A DNA stretch of 64,000 nucleotides from Serratia symbiotica (GTDB lineage Bacteria > Pseudomonadota > Gammaproteobacteria > Enterobacterales > Enterobacteriaceae). The DNA lies in assembly GCA_011754105.1 (NCBI GenBank), contig JAAKDF010000001.1, forward strand, positions 16,282 through 80,281, in the 5' to 3' direction. The position numbers and the translations under genes were made by a program. Positions 32,804-45,774 of this stretch are shown in pieces. Position 1 is the first letter of the stretch; the number at the start of each line of letters is the position of its first letter. The notes beneath the pieces are model-generated. The model was not told the DNA's origin. It worked only from the letters and a program-made list of their open reading frames with translations, and did no database searches.

Positions 32804-33520
32804 TTACGCTTGTAGATCGCCGCAGAAACGGTAACCTTCACCGTGGATAGTGGTGATAATTTCCGGTGTATTTGGTGCTGACTCGAAATGTTTACGGATG
32901 CGGCGGATGGTAACATCGACGGTGCGGTCATGCGGCTTCAACTCACGGCCAGTCATCTTCTTCAGTAGTTTTCCGCGTGAATGAATCTTGCCTGGGTTCT
33001 CGCAGAAGTGCAGCATGGCGCGAAATTCGCTACGCGGCAGCTTATACCGTTGCCCCGCCGGGTTAAGCAGCGAGCGGCTATTAATATCTAACTCCCAGCC
33101 GTTGAACTTATAACTTTCCACTAAGCGACGTTCTCCTCCGACGCTACTCAGGTTCATGGTACGCGATAGCAAGTTACGTGCGCGAATGGTTAATTCACGC
33201 GGGTTGAACGGCTTGGTGATGTAATCATCGGCCCCGATTTCTAGGCCGAGAATTTTATCAACCTCGTTATCGCGTCCAGTCAGAAATATTAGTGCAATGT
33301 TGGCTTTTTCGCGTAATTCGCGGGCTAACAGCATGCCATTTTTACCTGGCAAGTTAATGTCCATGATGACCAGATTTATGTCATTTTTAGACAGGATATT
33401 GTGCATCTCTGCACCGTCATTGGCCTCGTGAACTATGTGGCCTTCCGCCTCGAAAATGCTCTTTAGGGTGTTACCAGTGACTAACTCGTCTTCGAGAATC
33501 AGAATGTGCGGGGTATGCAT
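32804..33520 (-). CDS. arcA: aerobic respiration control response regulator ArcA
   Basis: 238-aa [40 protein letters not shown].., near-identical to E. coli ArcA over its full length. Confidence 0.98.
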   Translation of the reverse strand: MHTPHILILEDELVTGNTLKSIFEAEGHIVHEANDGAEMHNILSKNDINLVIMDINLPGKNGMLLARELREKANIALIFLTGRDNEVDKILGLEIGADDYITKPFNPRELTIRARNLLSRTMNLSSVGGERRLVESYKFNGWELDINSRSLLNPAGQRYKLPRSEFRAMLHFCENPGKIHSRGKLLKKMTGRELKPHDRTVDVTIRRIRKHFESAPNTPEIITTIHGEGYRFCGDLQA

Positions 33521-33986
33521 ATTTGTTACCTAAAATTACCAACAAAATAAAAAAATAGGAAGTACAGAATTCTTTCTTTTTAAGAGGAGAGCAGATATAG
33601 AGCCACGCTCCTTCTTATTAAATGAATAAAGTACGTAAACTTATTATTGATATACTTTCCATTAGGTGCCAACAAGAACTCTAATATGCTGGGGATACTC
33701 GTATCTATAGCCGCCTATCTATGACTGTTAACAACAGTACAACAGAATATCGAATTTATCACCCAAAAAATCATGTTTATGTTGACATATATCAAATTCA
33801 ATTGTAGCACGTTAACATATTGGTGAAAAATATTTACAAAATTGCCTGCTAAAGTCACATAAACTAGAATTTAATAAACGATTCTACTTTATCGGCAAGA
33901 TTAAATACCTGCGCCTAATACCGTTCAACTTTCGTTAAGTCAGGTTTATTGCCTAGTAATGGTGAGGTGGCTTTCATAAAATGACA

Positions 33987-34644
33987 GGCGTTGTTGAATA
34001 AATCGAACATTTAACCGGCACTAGGATAAGATGACTCTTCTTCTGTCAAAATAGCGACATTCCGTGGCCAAGAAAAAGTTTAAAATCACAAACTAGAAGG
34101 CTTACAACAATGCCCTTATAACTCGGGATTTACTCACTTTCTGGGTGGATAAAACGGCATTTCACGCATGGTACTGCGAGGCAAAAACTTCTCTGCGTGG
34201 TCGCCCACAACATTATTTTAATATGGCATGGCAATGACCAGCGTATTGATGCAAAAATGGATTTGCGGCCTGACACTTCGCTCCCTCCAAATCTTTGTCG
34301 ACTCCATTTCTACACTGATAAAAGTGTCGTTAAACTGCCAAGACTACACCTGCATCAGTAAGCGGGCGAAGTTTGTCAATGTCCCGTTTAAAACCCCAAC
34401 GCCGGGTAAAATTTCGCACCTCGTTATAAAACACGGTCAGGGAAAACTGCAGATCCAGCGAAAACTGCATTTGGCCGTAGATACAGAAACACATGAGTTC
34501 ATCTATGATGACCTTTCCTTAAGCAATGTCACCAATATGAAAGCCTTCCCAGGTCTCATCCGCTAGACGTACCGTAAAATCAAAGTAGCCTCGGCAGATA
34601 GGGCTTACGATAGGCAAGTGAGTCATGATGAGTTAAGGCGCAAG
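33987..34644 (+). mobile_element. IS903-group element copy E, 3'-truncated (658 bp)
   Basis: The left end is ggcgttgttgaataaatcgaacatttaacc... The transposase remnant MTSVLMQKWICGLTLRSLQIFVDSISTLIKVSLNCQDYTCISKRAKFVNVPFKTPTPGKISHLVIKHGQGK..LHLAVDTETHE..PGLIR*..DELRRK is then lost. It lacks the 16 codons that contain the DSTG catalytic Asp. Confidence 0.85.
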
Positions 34645-34677
34645 CTGAAAAGTACCTTTGATCAAGGTTGTAACGAA

Positions 34678-35290
34678 TTACAGAATTTCCAGCAATTCGA
34701 CATCAAAAACTAGCGTGCTGAAGGTCGGAATGAATGCGCAAGAACCACGGTACGACGTAGGCTAGATGCGGGATATAGAGCGGCCATTTATAGCCGACCG
34801 GCATCCAGAGGCAGCATTTCGTCCAGCCTGGAATTACACGCCGCTTGACCGGAAATTCCGCTGTCTGGCCACGTTCAATCGAGCTGTTAAATACATTGCA
34901 ATTGATTAGACGGCCGGTGTAATGCACACGCCCGCGATCCTGACGGGATGGAATCGGGCCATAGCTATGCAGCAATGCGGAAAACTAAAAACCGGATTCG
35001 GTTAGCGTCACGTCATCAAGCTTAGCGTTTTTATCCAGAAACTGCTTGCCTTCAGCAGTCATAGTCTGCTGTTGTTTACTGTGCAGAGTATCCACACGTT
35101 CGTAGATTTCACGCAGCGCACGGTGCACTACGTCAACCGGAAACATTCCCTTCTAGCGCGTCACACAACCCGCCAACAAAGCTTCTGGTTGTAAACCTTC
35201 CAAGCCGGACTCTTGCAACTGCTGGCCGACCTATAAACTAATCCCGTAACTTGCTTTCCTCTCAACGCTATCAAAAGAAGGGTTTGTCAT
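34678..35290 (-). pseudogene. fklB: FKBP-type peptidyl-prolyl isomerase FklB pseudogene
   Basis: [56 protein letters not shown].. and ..RVHYTGRLINCNVFNSSIERGQTAEFPV..VIPGWT..MPVGYKW.LYIP..LAY.. then, frame-shifted, ..IPTFSTLVFDVELLEIL*. Collinear with E. coli FklB with stops and frameshifts. Confidence 0.8.
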
Positions 35291-35883
35291 AGAGTTTTCC
35301 TCAAGTCTGTAAAAAGTCTAGAACGCAGCATAACAGCGCAGGAAAGTTGGGTACATCTTGTATGGCCAATGTTGTCTTTTGCCGTAAAATAGGAAACCGT
35401 GACTTTTTTGTTTGCCTAGAATCTGCCTTAATTAACCTTCCACTTTAGAACCTATCCCAGTAGTAGGCGTACATTGTTGCAGCCAGTTAGGCCTAGTACA
35501 GCACGCAACAACTGGAGCCTTAAAATGGAATACGTGAAGACTGGTGAGCACTTCCCAGATTCAAAATGGCAAATAAAATAGCCTAAGAAGTTACTTTCTG
35601 AGACTATTAACACCGGGCATCGTTACTCTATTTATCACGGCTAAAAGCTAGCGTAACTGTTCCGCGACAACAAGCTGCCAGTGAATAAAGTGTTCGCCAT
35701 GGCCAAGTAAAAGGCAATAACAAGCTACTCAGTAATATGCAAGCTGTCCAGGAAGTACGTATCGAACGTGCCTGACGCTAAAGGCACGAGCAACACGCTA
35801 TCCGTCACAATTGCCGGCAGCAGATAAAAACTGTTCCGCTGGCAGGCCGACAGCAGCGGCCACCACGAACGCTAAAGAAAAGT

Positions 35884-35916
35884 CACGCAGCGCAACATGA
35901 TATGTTGCGCTGCGTG
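35884..35916 (-). terminator. terminator of the rpsF-priB-rpsR-rplI operon
   Basis: A perfect 15-bp stem cacgcagcgcaacat / atgttgcgctgcgtg with a 3-nt loop, followed on the - strand by acttttcttt, about 100 nt after the rplI stop. Confidence 0.65.
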
Positions 35917-36011
35917 CACAGCCAGCCACAGAGTAAGGTATTATTACGGGTGTGAATAAACGCAAAAATCCAGCCTTGTGCTGGCATTTTAACTGAGTTA
36001 TAGCCGCGTTA

Positions 36012-36464
36012 TTACGCTTCTGCAACCACCACTACATTTAGTTGTGCTAACACATCGCTGTGTACTTGGAAGTGCACTTCATGCACGCCAGTAGTACGCA
36101 GCACGCCGTTCGGCAGACGAACTTCGCTCTTGGCTACTTCAACGCCAGACGCAGTCACTGCGTCGGCGATGTCACGAGTGCCGATAGAGCCGAACAACTT
36201 ACCTTCTTCGCCTGCTTTAGACACGATAGTGACTGTTAACAGTTCTTCGATCTTGGTTGCACGAACAACAGCCGCGGCCAGAACGTCAGCTAGTTTAGCT
36301 TCCAATTCAGCACGGCGTGCTTTGAAGAACTCTATGTTTTTCTTGGTAGCAGGAACAGCTTTACCCTGTGGTATCAGGAAGTTACGGGCATATCCTGCTT
36401 TAACGTTAACTTGATCACCCAGGCTGCCCAGGTTTGCTTCTTTATCAAGCAGAATAACTTGCAT
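36012..36464 (-). CDS. rplI: 50S ribosomal protein L9
   Basis: 150-aa [46 protein letters not shown]... Confidence 0.98.
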   Translation of the reverse strand: MQVILLDKEANLGSLGDQVNVKAGYARNFLIPQGKAVPATKKNIEFFKARRAELEAKLADVLAAAVVRATKIEELLTVTIVSKAGEEGKLFGSIGTRDIADAVTASGVEVAKSEVRLPNGVLRTTGVHEVHFQVHSDVLAQLNVVVVAEA

Positions 36465-36503
36465 TACCTTATCCTCTTAAAGTCGTTAATGGATAGTGAC
36501 CGA

Positions 36504-37062
<559 letters not shown>

Positions 37063-37467
37063 TTACTCTTCAGAATCCCCAGCATCTATATCATCTGCAT
37101 CTGCAGTTTCGTTAGCTAAGTCGTCGCGGCGGTCGCCACGATGTTCATCTTTCGCTTTCACCATCGGTGATGCTTCAGTTTCCGCGTGCTTAACGCGCAT
37201 AAGCATGCTGCGGATAACGGCGTCATTGAAACGGAAGTTATTTTCCAGCTCATCGATCGCTTCCTGCGGAGCTTCAACGTTCAGCAAAACGTAGTGAGCT
37301 TTGTGCAGTTTGTTGATCGGGTAAGCCAGTTGACGGCGTCCCCAGTCTTCCAGACGGTGAACCTGACCTTGCGCGTTAGTGATGGTAGCACTGTAACGCT
37401 CGATCATGGCCGGAACCTGTTCGCTTTGGTCAGGATGGACCATAAAAACTATTTCGTAATGACGCAT
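37063..37467 (-). CDS. rpsF: 30S ribosomal protein S6
   Basis: [50 protein letters not shown].. with an acidic C-terminus. The second Met of ORF 37063..37470 is taken as the start. Confidence 0.97.
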   Translation of the reverse strand: MRHYEIVFMVHPDQSEQVPAMIERYSATITNAQGQVHRLEDWGRRQLAYPINKLHKAHYVLLNVEAPQEAIDELENNFRFNDAVIRSMLMRVKHAETEASPMVKAKDEHRGDRRDDLANETADADDIDAGDSEE

Positions 37468-37676
37468 CAAATTGCTCCTTACGGATTATTCAGCCTCCTG
37501 TCAGGGTCAACCGCAGCCCATGGAAGCAAGGAACGTGTTCAGTGTACGGCTGAAAAATGATGCGTCATCATACTGGCGTAGGATAATAAACTCAAGAACC
37601 GCGTGGGATTTATTCATTGGGATGGGAGTAAATAGTAAAAAGTTAGCCATTTGCTGTCTCTCTCCCACCTTTGCTT

Positions 37677-38444
37677 TTACGGTTTTTCACCAACCTTAAG
37701 GCGGCCAGGGAAGGAATTATGCTGGCGCACTGCTTCAAACAGGCAGATACCGGTAGCGACCGAGACGTTCAGTGAGGAGACAATACCAGCCATCGGAATA
37801 TTGATCAACTCGTCGCAATGCTCACGAGTCAGACGGCGCATGCCTTCGCCTTCCGCTCCCATCACCAGCGCCATCGGGCCGGTCATTTTACTCTGATACA
37901 GCGTATGGTCGGCTTCGCCAGCGGTACCTACGATCCATACGTTCATTTCCTGTAGCAAACTCAGGGTGCGCACCAAGTTGGTGACACGGATCAGCGGTAC
38001 GTTCTCTGCTGCGCCACAAGCCACTTTTTTGGCAGTAGCATTTAATTGGGCGGAACGGTCACGCGGCATAATCACTGCATGCACGCCAGCGGCATCAGCG
38101 CTGCGTAGGCAAGCCCCGAGGTTATGTGGGTCGTTCACGCCGTCCAGCACCAGCAAAAATGGCGTATCAAAGCTTTCCAACAACGCTGGCAGGTCGTTTT
38201 CTTGTGGCTTCAGCCCTTCTCGCACCCTGGCTATAATCCCCTGATGCACTGCGCCATCAACCTTCTCATCCAACCACTGGCGGCTCGCTACCTGAATGGC
38301 AAGTCCTGTCGCTTCGAGATCAGTGATCAGTAGTTGCAGACGACGGTTACCAAATCCTTTGAGGATGAACACTTCCAGAAAGCGTTGCGGGTTGCGCTCT
38401 AACAGAGCTTTAATAGCGTGGATGCCGTAAATAATTGCGCTCAT
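37677..38444 (-). CDS. rlmB: 23S rRNA (guanosine2251-2'-O)-methyltransferase
   Basis: 255-aa SpoU/TrmH-family ORF (..[66 protein letters not shown]). About 12 aa longer at the C-terminus than E. coli RlmB. Confidence 0.93.
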   Translation of the reverse strand: MSAIIYGIHAIKALLERNPQRFLEVFILKGFGNRRLQLLITDLEATGLAIQVASRQWLDEKVDGAVHQGIIARVREGLKPQENDLPALLESFDTPFLLVLDGVNDPHNLGACLRSADAAGVHAVIMPRDRSAQLNATAKKVACGAAENVPLIRVTNLVRTLSLLQEMNVWIVGTAGEADHTLYQSKMTGPMALVMGAEGEGMRRLTREHCDELINIPMAGIVSSLNVSVATGICLFEAVRQHNSFPGRLKVGEKP

Positions 38445-38558
38445 GATGATTTTTTACTGTGCTGCTGGCATACGCCAGTCGATAATAATGAGGTGCGATA
38501 GGTTAAATTTATTCGGCACCTTTCTTCTTGGTCGCGTGCTTGGATTTTGTCACCGCCG

Positions 38559-40994
38559 CTATTTTCCGGATTTTTTCTGCCGCTTTCTTGACCTTGGTTT
38601 TTTGTCCTTCTTCACGATGTCGGCTGGTTTGTCGCTGTCTTTGCGGAAGGTGCTATCTAGCTCAAAGTTGGCCGACGGTTTTCCGCTACGACGTTTGCGC
38701 TGCGCTTGAGCACGCGCTGTGCCAGCATTAGTACCAGCGCGCAGAGTGCGCTGTCTGCCGTTTCTGGCACGATCGCGTTCGATTTTGCCAGCGCCACGGG
38801 TTTTTCGGCTGCTGGATACCAGTGTAAAATCGATCTTGCGTTCGTCCATATGCACCGCTTCAACTCGGATTTCCACCGTATCACCTAGACGGTAAACCAC
38901 GCCAGAGGATTCACCGATAATACGTTGGCCGATATTATCGTAGCGATAATAATCATTATCCAGCGACGATACGTGTATTAAGCCATCGATAAACAGATCG
39001 TTTAGTCGCACAAAGAAGCCGAATCCGGTTACGCTGGCGATGATGCCACTGAACACGGCACCAACATGATCCTGCATATAATCGCACTTCAGCCAGTCAG
39101 CAACGTTGCGCGTTGCTTCGTCTGCACGACGTTCGGCCATTGAGCAATGCGCACCTAACTGCAACATCTCTTCAAATTCGCTGTGCCAGCCGCCAGTTTG
39201 TGTCCAACGCTCTTTCAATTCACTATGCTCTTTGGCCAACTGGTATTTAATAGTGCGATGTAACACCAAATCCGGGTAACGGCGGATTGGCGAGGTAAAG
39301 TGGCCATAAGAAGCTAGCGCTAAACCAAAGTGACCACGGTTTTCTGGATCATAAATCGCCTGTTTCATCGAACGCAGTAACATGGTTTTTAGCATTTCAT
39401 GATCGGGACGTTCGGCAACTTCATCCATCAACGTGGCGTAATCTTTCGGCTGCGGTTTATTTCCGCCACCCAGCGTCAGCCCAAGTTCGCTTAGCACACT
39501 GCGCAATGCGGAGATGTGCTCGTCGCTTGGGCGATCGTGGACGCGGAACAGCGCTGGCTCGTTATGCTTCTCTACAAAGCGCGCCGCGGCAACGTTAGCC
39601 ATGATCATGCATTCTTCGATCAACTTGTGGGCATCATTACGAATTGTCGGCGCAATGCGTTCAATGCGGCGTTCGGTATTGAAGATGAACTTGGCTTCTT
39701 CGGTTTCGAATGCGATGCTGCCGCGCTCAACGCGCGCCTTATCCAGCACATGGTACATCGCATACAATTCTTCCAGATGTTTAACCAGCGGATGATAATG
39801 CTCATGCAGTGCCTGATCGCCCTGCAAAATACGCCAGACCTTGTTGTAGGTTAAACGCGCGTGGGAGCTCATCACCGCTTCGTAGAACTTGGCCGTCGAT
39901 AGCCGCCCTTGGGCGGAAAGGTTCATCTCGCACACCATGCACAGGCGATCGACCTGTGGGTTGAGGGAGCATAGCCCGTTGGATAGCACCTCCGGCAGCA
40001 TCGGGATTACCTGTGATGGAAAGTATACCGATGTAGCGCGGTTGCGCGCCACATCATCCAGCATGGTGCGCGGACGCACATAATAGCTAACATCGGCAAT
40101 CGCCACCCATAAGCGCCAGCCACCGCCGCGTTTCTTCTCGCAGTAAACCGCATCATCAAAGTCTCGTGCATCTTCACCATCAATGGTAACCAATGGCAGC
40201 TTCCGTAGATCAACCCGGCCTTTTTTGGCCACTTCCGGCACCTGTTCGCTGAGATCAGCCACCTGTTCTTCTACCTGAGGTGGCCAATTATGCGGGATTT
40301 CATGGGTGCGCAGCGCGATGTCCACCACCATGCTGGTACCCATCTTATCTCCGAGGATCTCAACGATCTTACCCACTGCCTTGGTGCGGCGGGTGGGGCG
40401 TTGGGTCAGCTCTACCACTACCATGTAGCCCATGCGTGCGCCTTTGACAGCATCGGCCGGGACCAAAATATCGAAGCTCAGGCGGCTGTCGTCCGGCACC
40501 ACGAACCCGGTACCAGCGTCCATGAAGAAACGACCAACAATCTGGCTAGTTTTTGGCACCAGCACGCGCACGATACGCGCCTCGCGGCGGCCTTTGCGAT
40601 CGGCACCCAGCGCCTGTGCCAACACTACATCGCCGTGGATCGCTATCTTCATCTGCTCGGCAGAAAGGTACAAGTCATCCTTGCTGCCTTCGATACGAAG
40701 GAAGCCATAGCCATCGCGGTGGCCGATAACGGTGCCGCGCAACAGGTCCAGACGTTCTGGTAACGCATAGCATTGACGGCGGGTAAATATCAATTGGCCG
40801 TCACGCTCCATCGCACGCAGGCGACGGCGCAAGGCTTCTAACTGTTCTTCTCTAGTTAAATCTAGCTCTTTGGATAGCGCTTCGCGGCTGGCTGGTGTTT
40901 CTCGTTTCGCTAGATGAGCGAGAATATATTCTCGGCTAGGGATCGGGGATTCATATTTTTCTGCTTCTCGTTCCAGAAATGGATCTTGTGCCAT
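38559..40994 (-). CDS. rnr: ribonuclease R
   Basis: ORF 38559..41063. The start is taken at [25 protein letters not shown], as in the E. coli RNase R N-terminus, giving about 811 aa. RNB and S1 domains plus a Lys/Arg-rich tail are present. Confidence 0.95.
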   Translation of the reverse strand: MAQDPFLEREAEKYESPIPSREYILAHLAKRETPASREALSKELDLTREEQLEALRRRLRAMERDGQLIFTRRQCYALPERLDLLRGTVIGHRDGYGFLRIEGSKDDLYLSAEQMKIAIHGDVVLAQALGADRKGRREARIVRVLVPKTSQIVGRFFMDAGTGFVVPDDSRLSFDILVPADAVKGARMGYMVVVELTQRPTRRTKAVGKIVEILGDKMGTSMVVDIALRTHEIPHNWPPQVEEQVADLSEQVPEVAKKGRVDLRKLPLVTIDGEDARDFDDAVYCEKKRGGGWRLWVAIADVSYYVRPRTMLDDVARNRATSVYFPSQVIPMLPEVLSNGLCSLNPQVDRLCMVCEMNLSAQGRLSTAKFYEAVMSSHARLTYNKVWRILQGDQALHEHYHPLVKHLEELYAMYHVLDKARVERGSIAFETEEAKFIFNTERRIERIAPTIRNDAHKLIEECMIMANVAAARFVEKHNEPALFRVHDRPSDEHISALRSVLSELGLTLGGGNKPQPKDYATLMDEVAERPDHEMLKTMLLRSMKQAIYDPENRGHFGLALASYGHFTSPIRRYPDLVLHRTIKYQLAKEHSELKERWTQTGGWHSEFEEMLQLGAHCSMAERRADEATRNVADWLKCDYMQDHVGAVFSGIIASVTGFGFFVRLNDLFIDGLIHVSSLDNDYYRYDNIGQRIIGESSGVVYRLGDTVEIRVEAVHMDERKIDFTLVSSSRKTRGAGKIERDRARNGRQRTLRAGTNAGTARAQAQRKRRSGKPSANFELDSTFRKDSDKPADIVKKDKKPRSRKRQKKSGK

Positions 40995-41126
40995 TGCGGT
41001 ACCTCCGTTGTTATCAGCAGGATATCGCTGAATTTTGTATCTCAACGACGTTTTATTCGACAAGCTGATGCTTGTCGATTAGGTAATTGCCTTCGACCAT
41101 TACCTAATCGGCTAGGGTGTGGTTAT

Positions 41127-41483
41127 TCAGTTCTTCAAGAAAATTTTTACGCCCTGATGTAGCACCTGATTTAAGCGGCAGGCAGGACTTATGTGGCAAA
41201 AATCACTGTGGCAGTTGACTAATGAAAGCGGTTCTAGCGCTCTCACCACATAACCGAGGCCAATAGTTTCACCTGGTTTACTCAAACGGACGCCGCTGTT
41301 ATTACCGCGTATCGCAGTGATAAAACCAACACGGCTTAGCTGATTGATTATCTTAATAATATGGTTGTGAGACACGCCGTAGACCTCGGTAACTTGCGAT
41401 ATACTAGTCATTTTGTCCGGTGGCAGCGAGGCCATGTAGATTAGCGCCCGCAAGCCATATTCAGTGAAACTGATTAACTGCAC
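41127..41483 (-). CDS. nsrR: NO-sensing Rrf2-family repressor NsrR, C-terminally truncated (118 versus 141 aa)
   Basis: [35 protein letters not shown].. keeps the three cluster Cys. The last approximately 23 codons survive downstream (41053-41126) in another frame with an internal TAG ([27 protein letters not shown]). Confidence 0.75.
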   Translation of the reverse strand: MQLISFTEYGLRALIYMASLPPDKMTSISQVTEVYGVSHNHIIKIINQLSRVGFITAIRGNNSGVRLSKPGETIGLGYVVRALEPLSLVNCHSDFCHISPACRLNQVLHQGVKIFLKN

Positions 41484-41753
41484 ATCTACATCTAGGTATT
41501 ACGTTACCCATCTTAATAGGCCGCTTTGCTGCTTTATTTAGAAGATCATTCCTTGGATAATAAACTAGCCAGAGAGTTCGTAGATAATTATTTAGCGTGT
41601 CACAAGTTTTAGAGCAGGTATTGAAAAATATTTTTTGCTGTAGATCCGCAACCGAGGTGAATAAAAAGCATAAAGAACGGGAAGGAACACGCACAGATTA
41701 AACAGACTGCACTACGCAATCGTCGTGCAGCTCTACTAGGTAACAAGAGTTAA

Positions 41754-43055
<1,302 letters not shown>

Positions 43056-43150
43056 TCAAAATCACCGGTTGCTTAAAAATGGATTCTACCACCGTAATTT
43101 TCGATTTTCAGCACTTTTAGAATGCAATTGCGCATTTTTTAGACTAAGCT

Positions 43151-43353
43151 TTATCTCTCTGCATGTCTGCGCAAAATGTAATAGATCATACAACCCGCAA
43201 CCACTATTCCCCACCGCCAAATCGCCGCAGAGTCGTATCAGGCAACTGAGTCATCGCCAATATCATTTGGCGCCAGGATTGTGGAAACAGCATCAGCACT
43301 AGCCCTTCTAGCATTAAAACCAACCCAAGCGCCAACCATATTGCTGAATTCAT
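43151..43353 (-). pseudogene. yjeT: DUF2065 small membrane protein YjeT, frameshifted
   Basis: MNSAIWLALGLVLMLEGLVLMLFPQSWRQMILAMTQLPDTTLRRFGGGE* then, in another frame, IVVAGCMIYYILRRHAER*. The 203-nt span is not a multiple of 3, and the shift occurs at a G-run (ggcggtgggg). Located between purA and hflC as in E. coli. Confidence 0.6.
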
Positions 43354-43415
43354 GGATCCCCCAGATAAGAAAAGGCTCGAGATTAAACTGACCCCTGATA
43401 ATTTAACTGTCGCGA

Positions 43416-44420
43416 TTACTTATGCGTGGAATCAGGCGACTTCATATAGCGAAAGAAATCGCTATCTGGGCTGAGTACCATCACGTCCTGATTGTTGCTG
43501 AAGATGGCTTCATAAGCACGCAAACTACGGATAAAGGCGTAGAAGTCCGGAGCCTGGCTGAACGCGCTAGCAAACAACTTGGCCGATTCGGCATCACCTT
43601 CACCACGAGTGATTCTCGCCTGACGCTCAGCTTCTGCCAATGTATGCGTTACTTCGTAGTCTGCACTTGCACGCAGCTTCTCCGCTTCTTCCTGGCCCTG
43701 AGAACGCAAACGGCGCGCTACTGCTTCACGTTCAGCACGCATACGCTGGTAGATAGCGTAAGATACTTCGACAGGCAGGTTGATCTGCTTGATACGCACG
43801 TCGATCACTTCAATACCCAGCGCGGCCATGCTATTCGAGTTAAGCTGCGGCCGTTTGCCGGTGGTTTCCTGCTCAACGCGCGCCGCTGCGGAGGCAATAG
43901 CGTCATCGGCTCCACTGGCCGCCACTTTTTCATCATCACCCACCGTTCCGGTATTCATTGCATTGCGCACGTCTAACATCAACTTTCCGCGCGAGTCAGT
44001 AACAATTTCAGTTACGTCCAGACGGCCGATCTCGGAACGCAAACGGTCGCTGAATTTACGTTTTAACAGCACTTCGGCCTGAGAGACATCGCCGCCGCCA
44101 GTCGCTAGATAGTAACGGCTGAAATCGCTGATACGCCACTTCAGGTAGGAGTCAACAATCAGGTCTTTCTTTTCACTGGTGACGAAACGATCGGCCTGAT
44201 TGTCCATAGTCTGGATACGCGCATCCAGGCTCTTCACGGTTTCAATACACGGAATCTTGAAGTGCATACCCGGTGCATACACCAGCGGTTTCTTTTCACT
44301 GTCGCGCAGCACTTTGCCAAAGCGCAGCACGATGCCACGCTGACCTTCCTGCACCACAAACAGTGAAGTGTATAGCACCATCAGCACTACCAGGACGATA
44401 ACTATAAAAGATTTACGCAT
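43416..44420 (-). CDS. hflC: FtsH modulator HflC
   Basis: 334-aa SPFH-domain ORF, the same length as E. coli HflC. Confidence 0.96.
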   Translation of the reverse strand: MRKSFIVIVLVVLMVLYTSLFVVQEGQRGIVLRFGKVLRDSEKKPLVYAPGMHFKIPCIETVKSLDARIQTMDNQADRFVTSEKKDLIVDSYLKWRISDFSRYYLATGGGDVSQAEVLLKRKFSDRLRSEIGRLDVTEIVTDSRGKLMLDVRNAMNTGTVGDDEKVAASGADDAIASAAARVEQETTGKRPQLNSNSMAALGIEVIDVRIKQINLPVEVSYAIYQRMRAEREAVARRLRSQGQEEAEKLRASADYEVTHTLAEAERQARITRGEGDAESAKLFASAFSQAPDFYAFIRSLRAYEAIFSNNQDVMVLSPDSDFFRYMKSPDSTHK

Positions 44421-44424
44421 TTGA

Positions 44425-45690
44425 TTACTTTCTCCCTACGCGAGTGGTGTCGTCGCGTTTCGCATTTGCCTGGCGTTGCTTCATGCTAGAATCGCTGCTG
44501 GTTTGCTGGATATTGGAACTGATGCCGCCGTGGGCAGAGGCAGAGGGAACAGGGGTGAGACGAATCAGGCTGGTATCTTTGTCGCTACTGAACGCTGGGA
44601 TACTAGCTTTGCCGCGTAGCATTTGATCCAGCGGTAATACCATCATATTATTGCCTTTATCACTGAGCAGCACTTTACGGGTATTACTCAAGACTTTTTC
44701 CATGGTTTCGATATACAGACGCTTACGGGTAATTTCTGGGGCTGATTTGTATTCTGGCAGCAGCTTAGCGAAGCGAGCTACCTCACCGTGGGCTTCTAAA
44801 ATAGTACGATCTTTGTAAGCCTTGGCATCTTCCAACAAGCGCTGAGCCTGCCCGTTGGCACGCGGCTGTACCTCGTTAGCGTAGGCTTCTGCTTCACGAA
44901 TGTACTGCTGCTCGTTCTCACGCGCGGCGATAGCGTCATCGAACGATGCTTTAACTTCCTCCGGCGGACGCGCAGCCTGGAAGTTGACGTCCAGCAGCGT
45001 GACACCCATGTTGTAAGGACGGATGGTCTCTTCTAACATGCGTTGAGTATCGTTACGCACCACGGTACGGCCTTCGGTCAGGATACGATCCATCGAGTAT
45101 TTGCCGATCACGCCGCGCAGGGCGCTGTCAGTCGCTTGATTCAGACTGTCGTCGGCATTAACTACACTGAATAGATAGGTTTCTGGATTGGTTACACGGT
45201 ACTGTACGTTCATTTCTACGCGCACCACATTTTCCTCGGAAGTCAACATCACGCCAGATGCCGCAAGTTCACGCACAGACTCTACGTTAACCGGGCGCAC
45301 TTCGTCGATAAAAGTCGGCTTCCAATTTAGACCCGGCTGTACCAGATGGCTAAACTTACCGAAGCGAGTCACTACACCACGTTCAGCCTCCTTGGTAGTG
45401 TAAAAACCGCTGGCGGCCCAGATTACCACTACTACAACCGCCGCGATACAGATGATACGGCCGCTATAACCTGGATCTGAGGTGTCGGTGCCGCCGCTAT
45501 TTCTGTTGGAGCTTTTACTCACCCCCAAACTGCGCAATTTCTTGCTCAGTTTGCGAAAGATATCGTTTAAATCAGGTATTCCTTGGTCACGACCACCTTT
45601 TTTGTTACCGCCGGAGTTGCCGCTATTATTTTTGCCGCTTCCCCACGGATCGCAGTCCTGTCCATTATTACCAGGCTGATTCCAAGCCAT
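44425..45690 (-). CDS. hflK: FtsH modulator HflK
   Basis: ORF 44425..45702. The start is taken at MAWNQPGNNGQD.., as in E. coli HflK. SPFH domain present. Confidence 0.95.
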   Translation of the reverse strand: MAWNQPGNNGQDCDPWGSGKNNSGNSGGNKKGGRDQGIPDLNDIFRKLSKKLRSLGVSKSSNRNSGGTDTSDPGYSGRIICIAAVVVVVIWAASGFYTTKEAERGVVTRFGKFSHLVQPGLNWKPTFIDEVRPVNVESVRELAASGVMLTSEENVVRVEMNVQYRVTNPETYLFSVVNADDSLNQATDSALRGVIGKYSMDRILTEGRTVVRNDTQRMLEETIRPYNMGVTLLDVNFQAARPPEEVKASFDDAIAARENEQQYIREAEAYANEVQPRANGQAQRLLEDAKAYKDRTILEAHGEVARFAKLLPEYKSAPEITRKRLYIETMEKVLSNTRKVLLSDKGNNMMVLPLDQMLRGKASIPAFSSDKDTSLIRLTPVPSASAHGGISSNIQQTSSDSSMKQRQANAKRDDTTRVGRK

Positions 45691-45774
45691 GTTTAGCTCC
45701 ATATTTTATGATTTAGATACTTCAGGCTGATACTTATGCTAGTACAGCAGGTTATCAAATGTAACAGGAGATGA

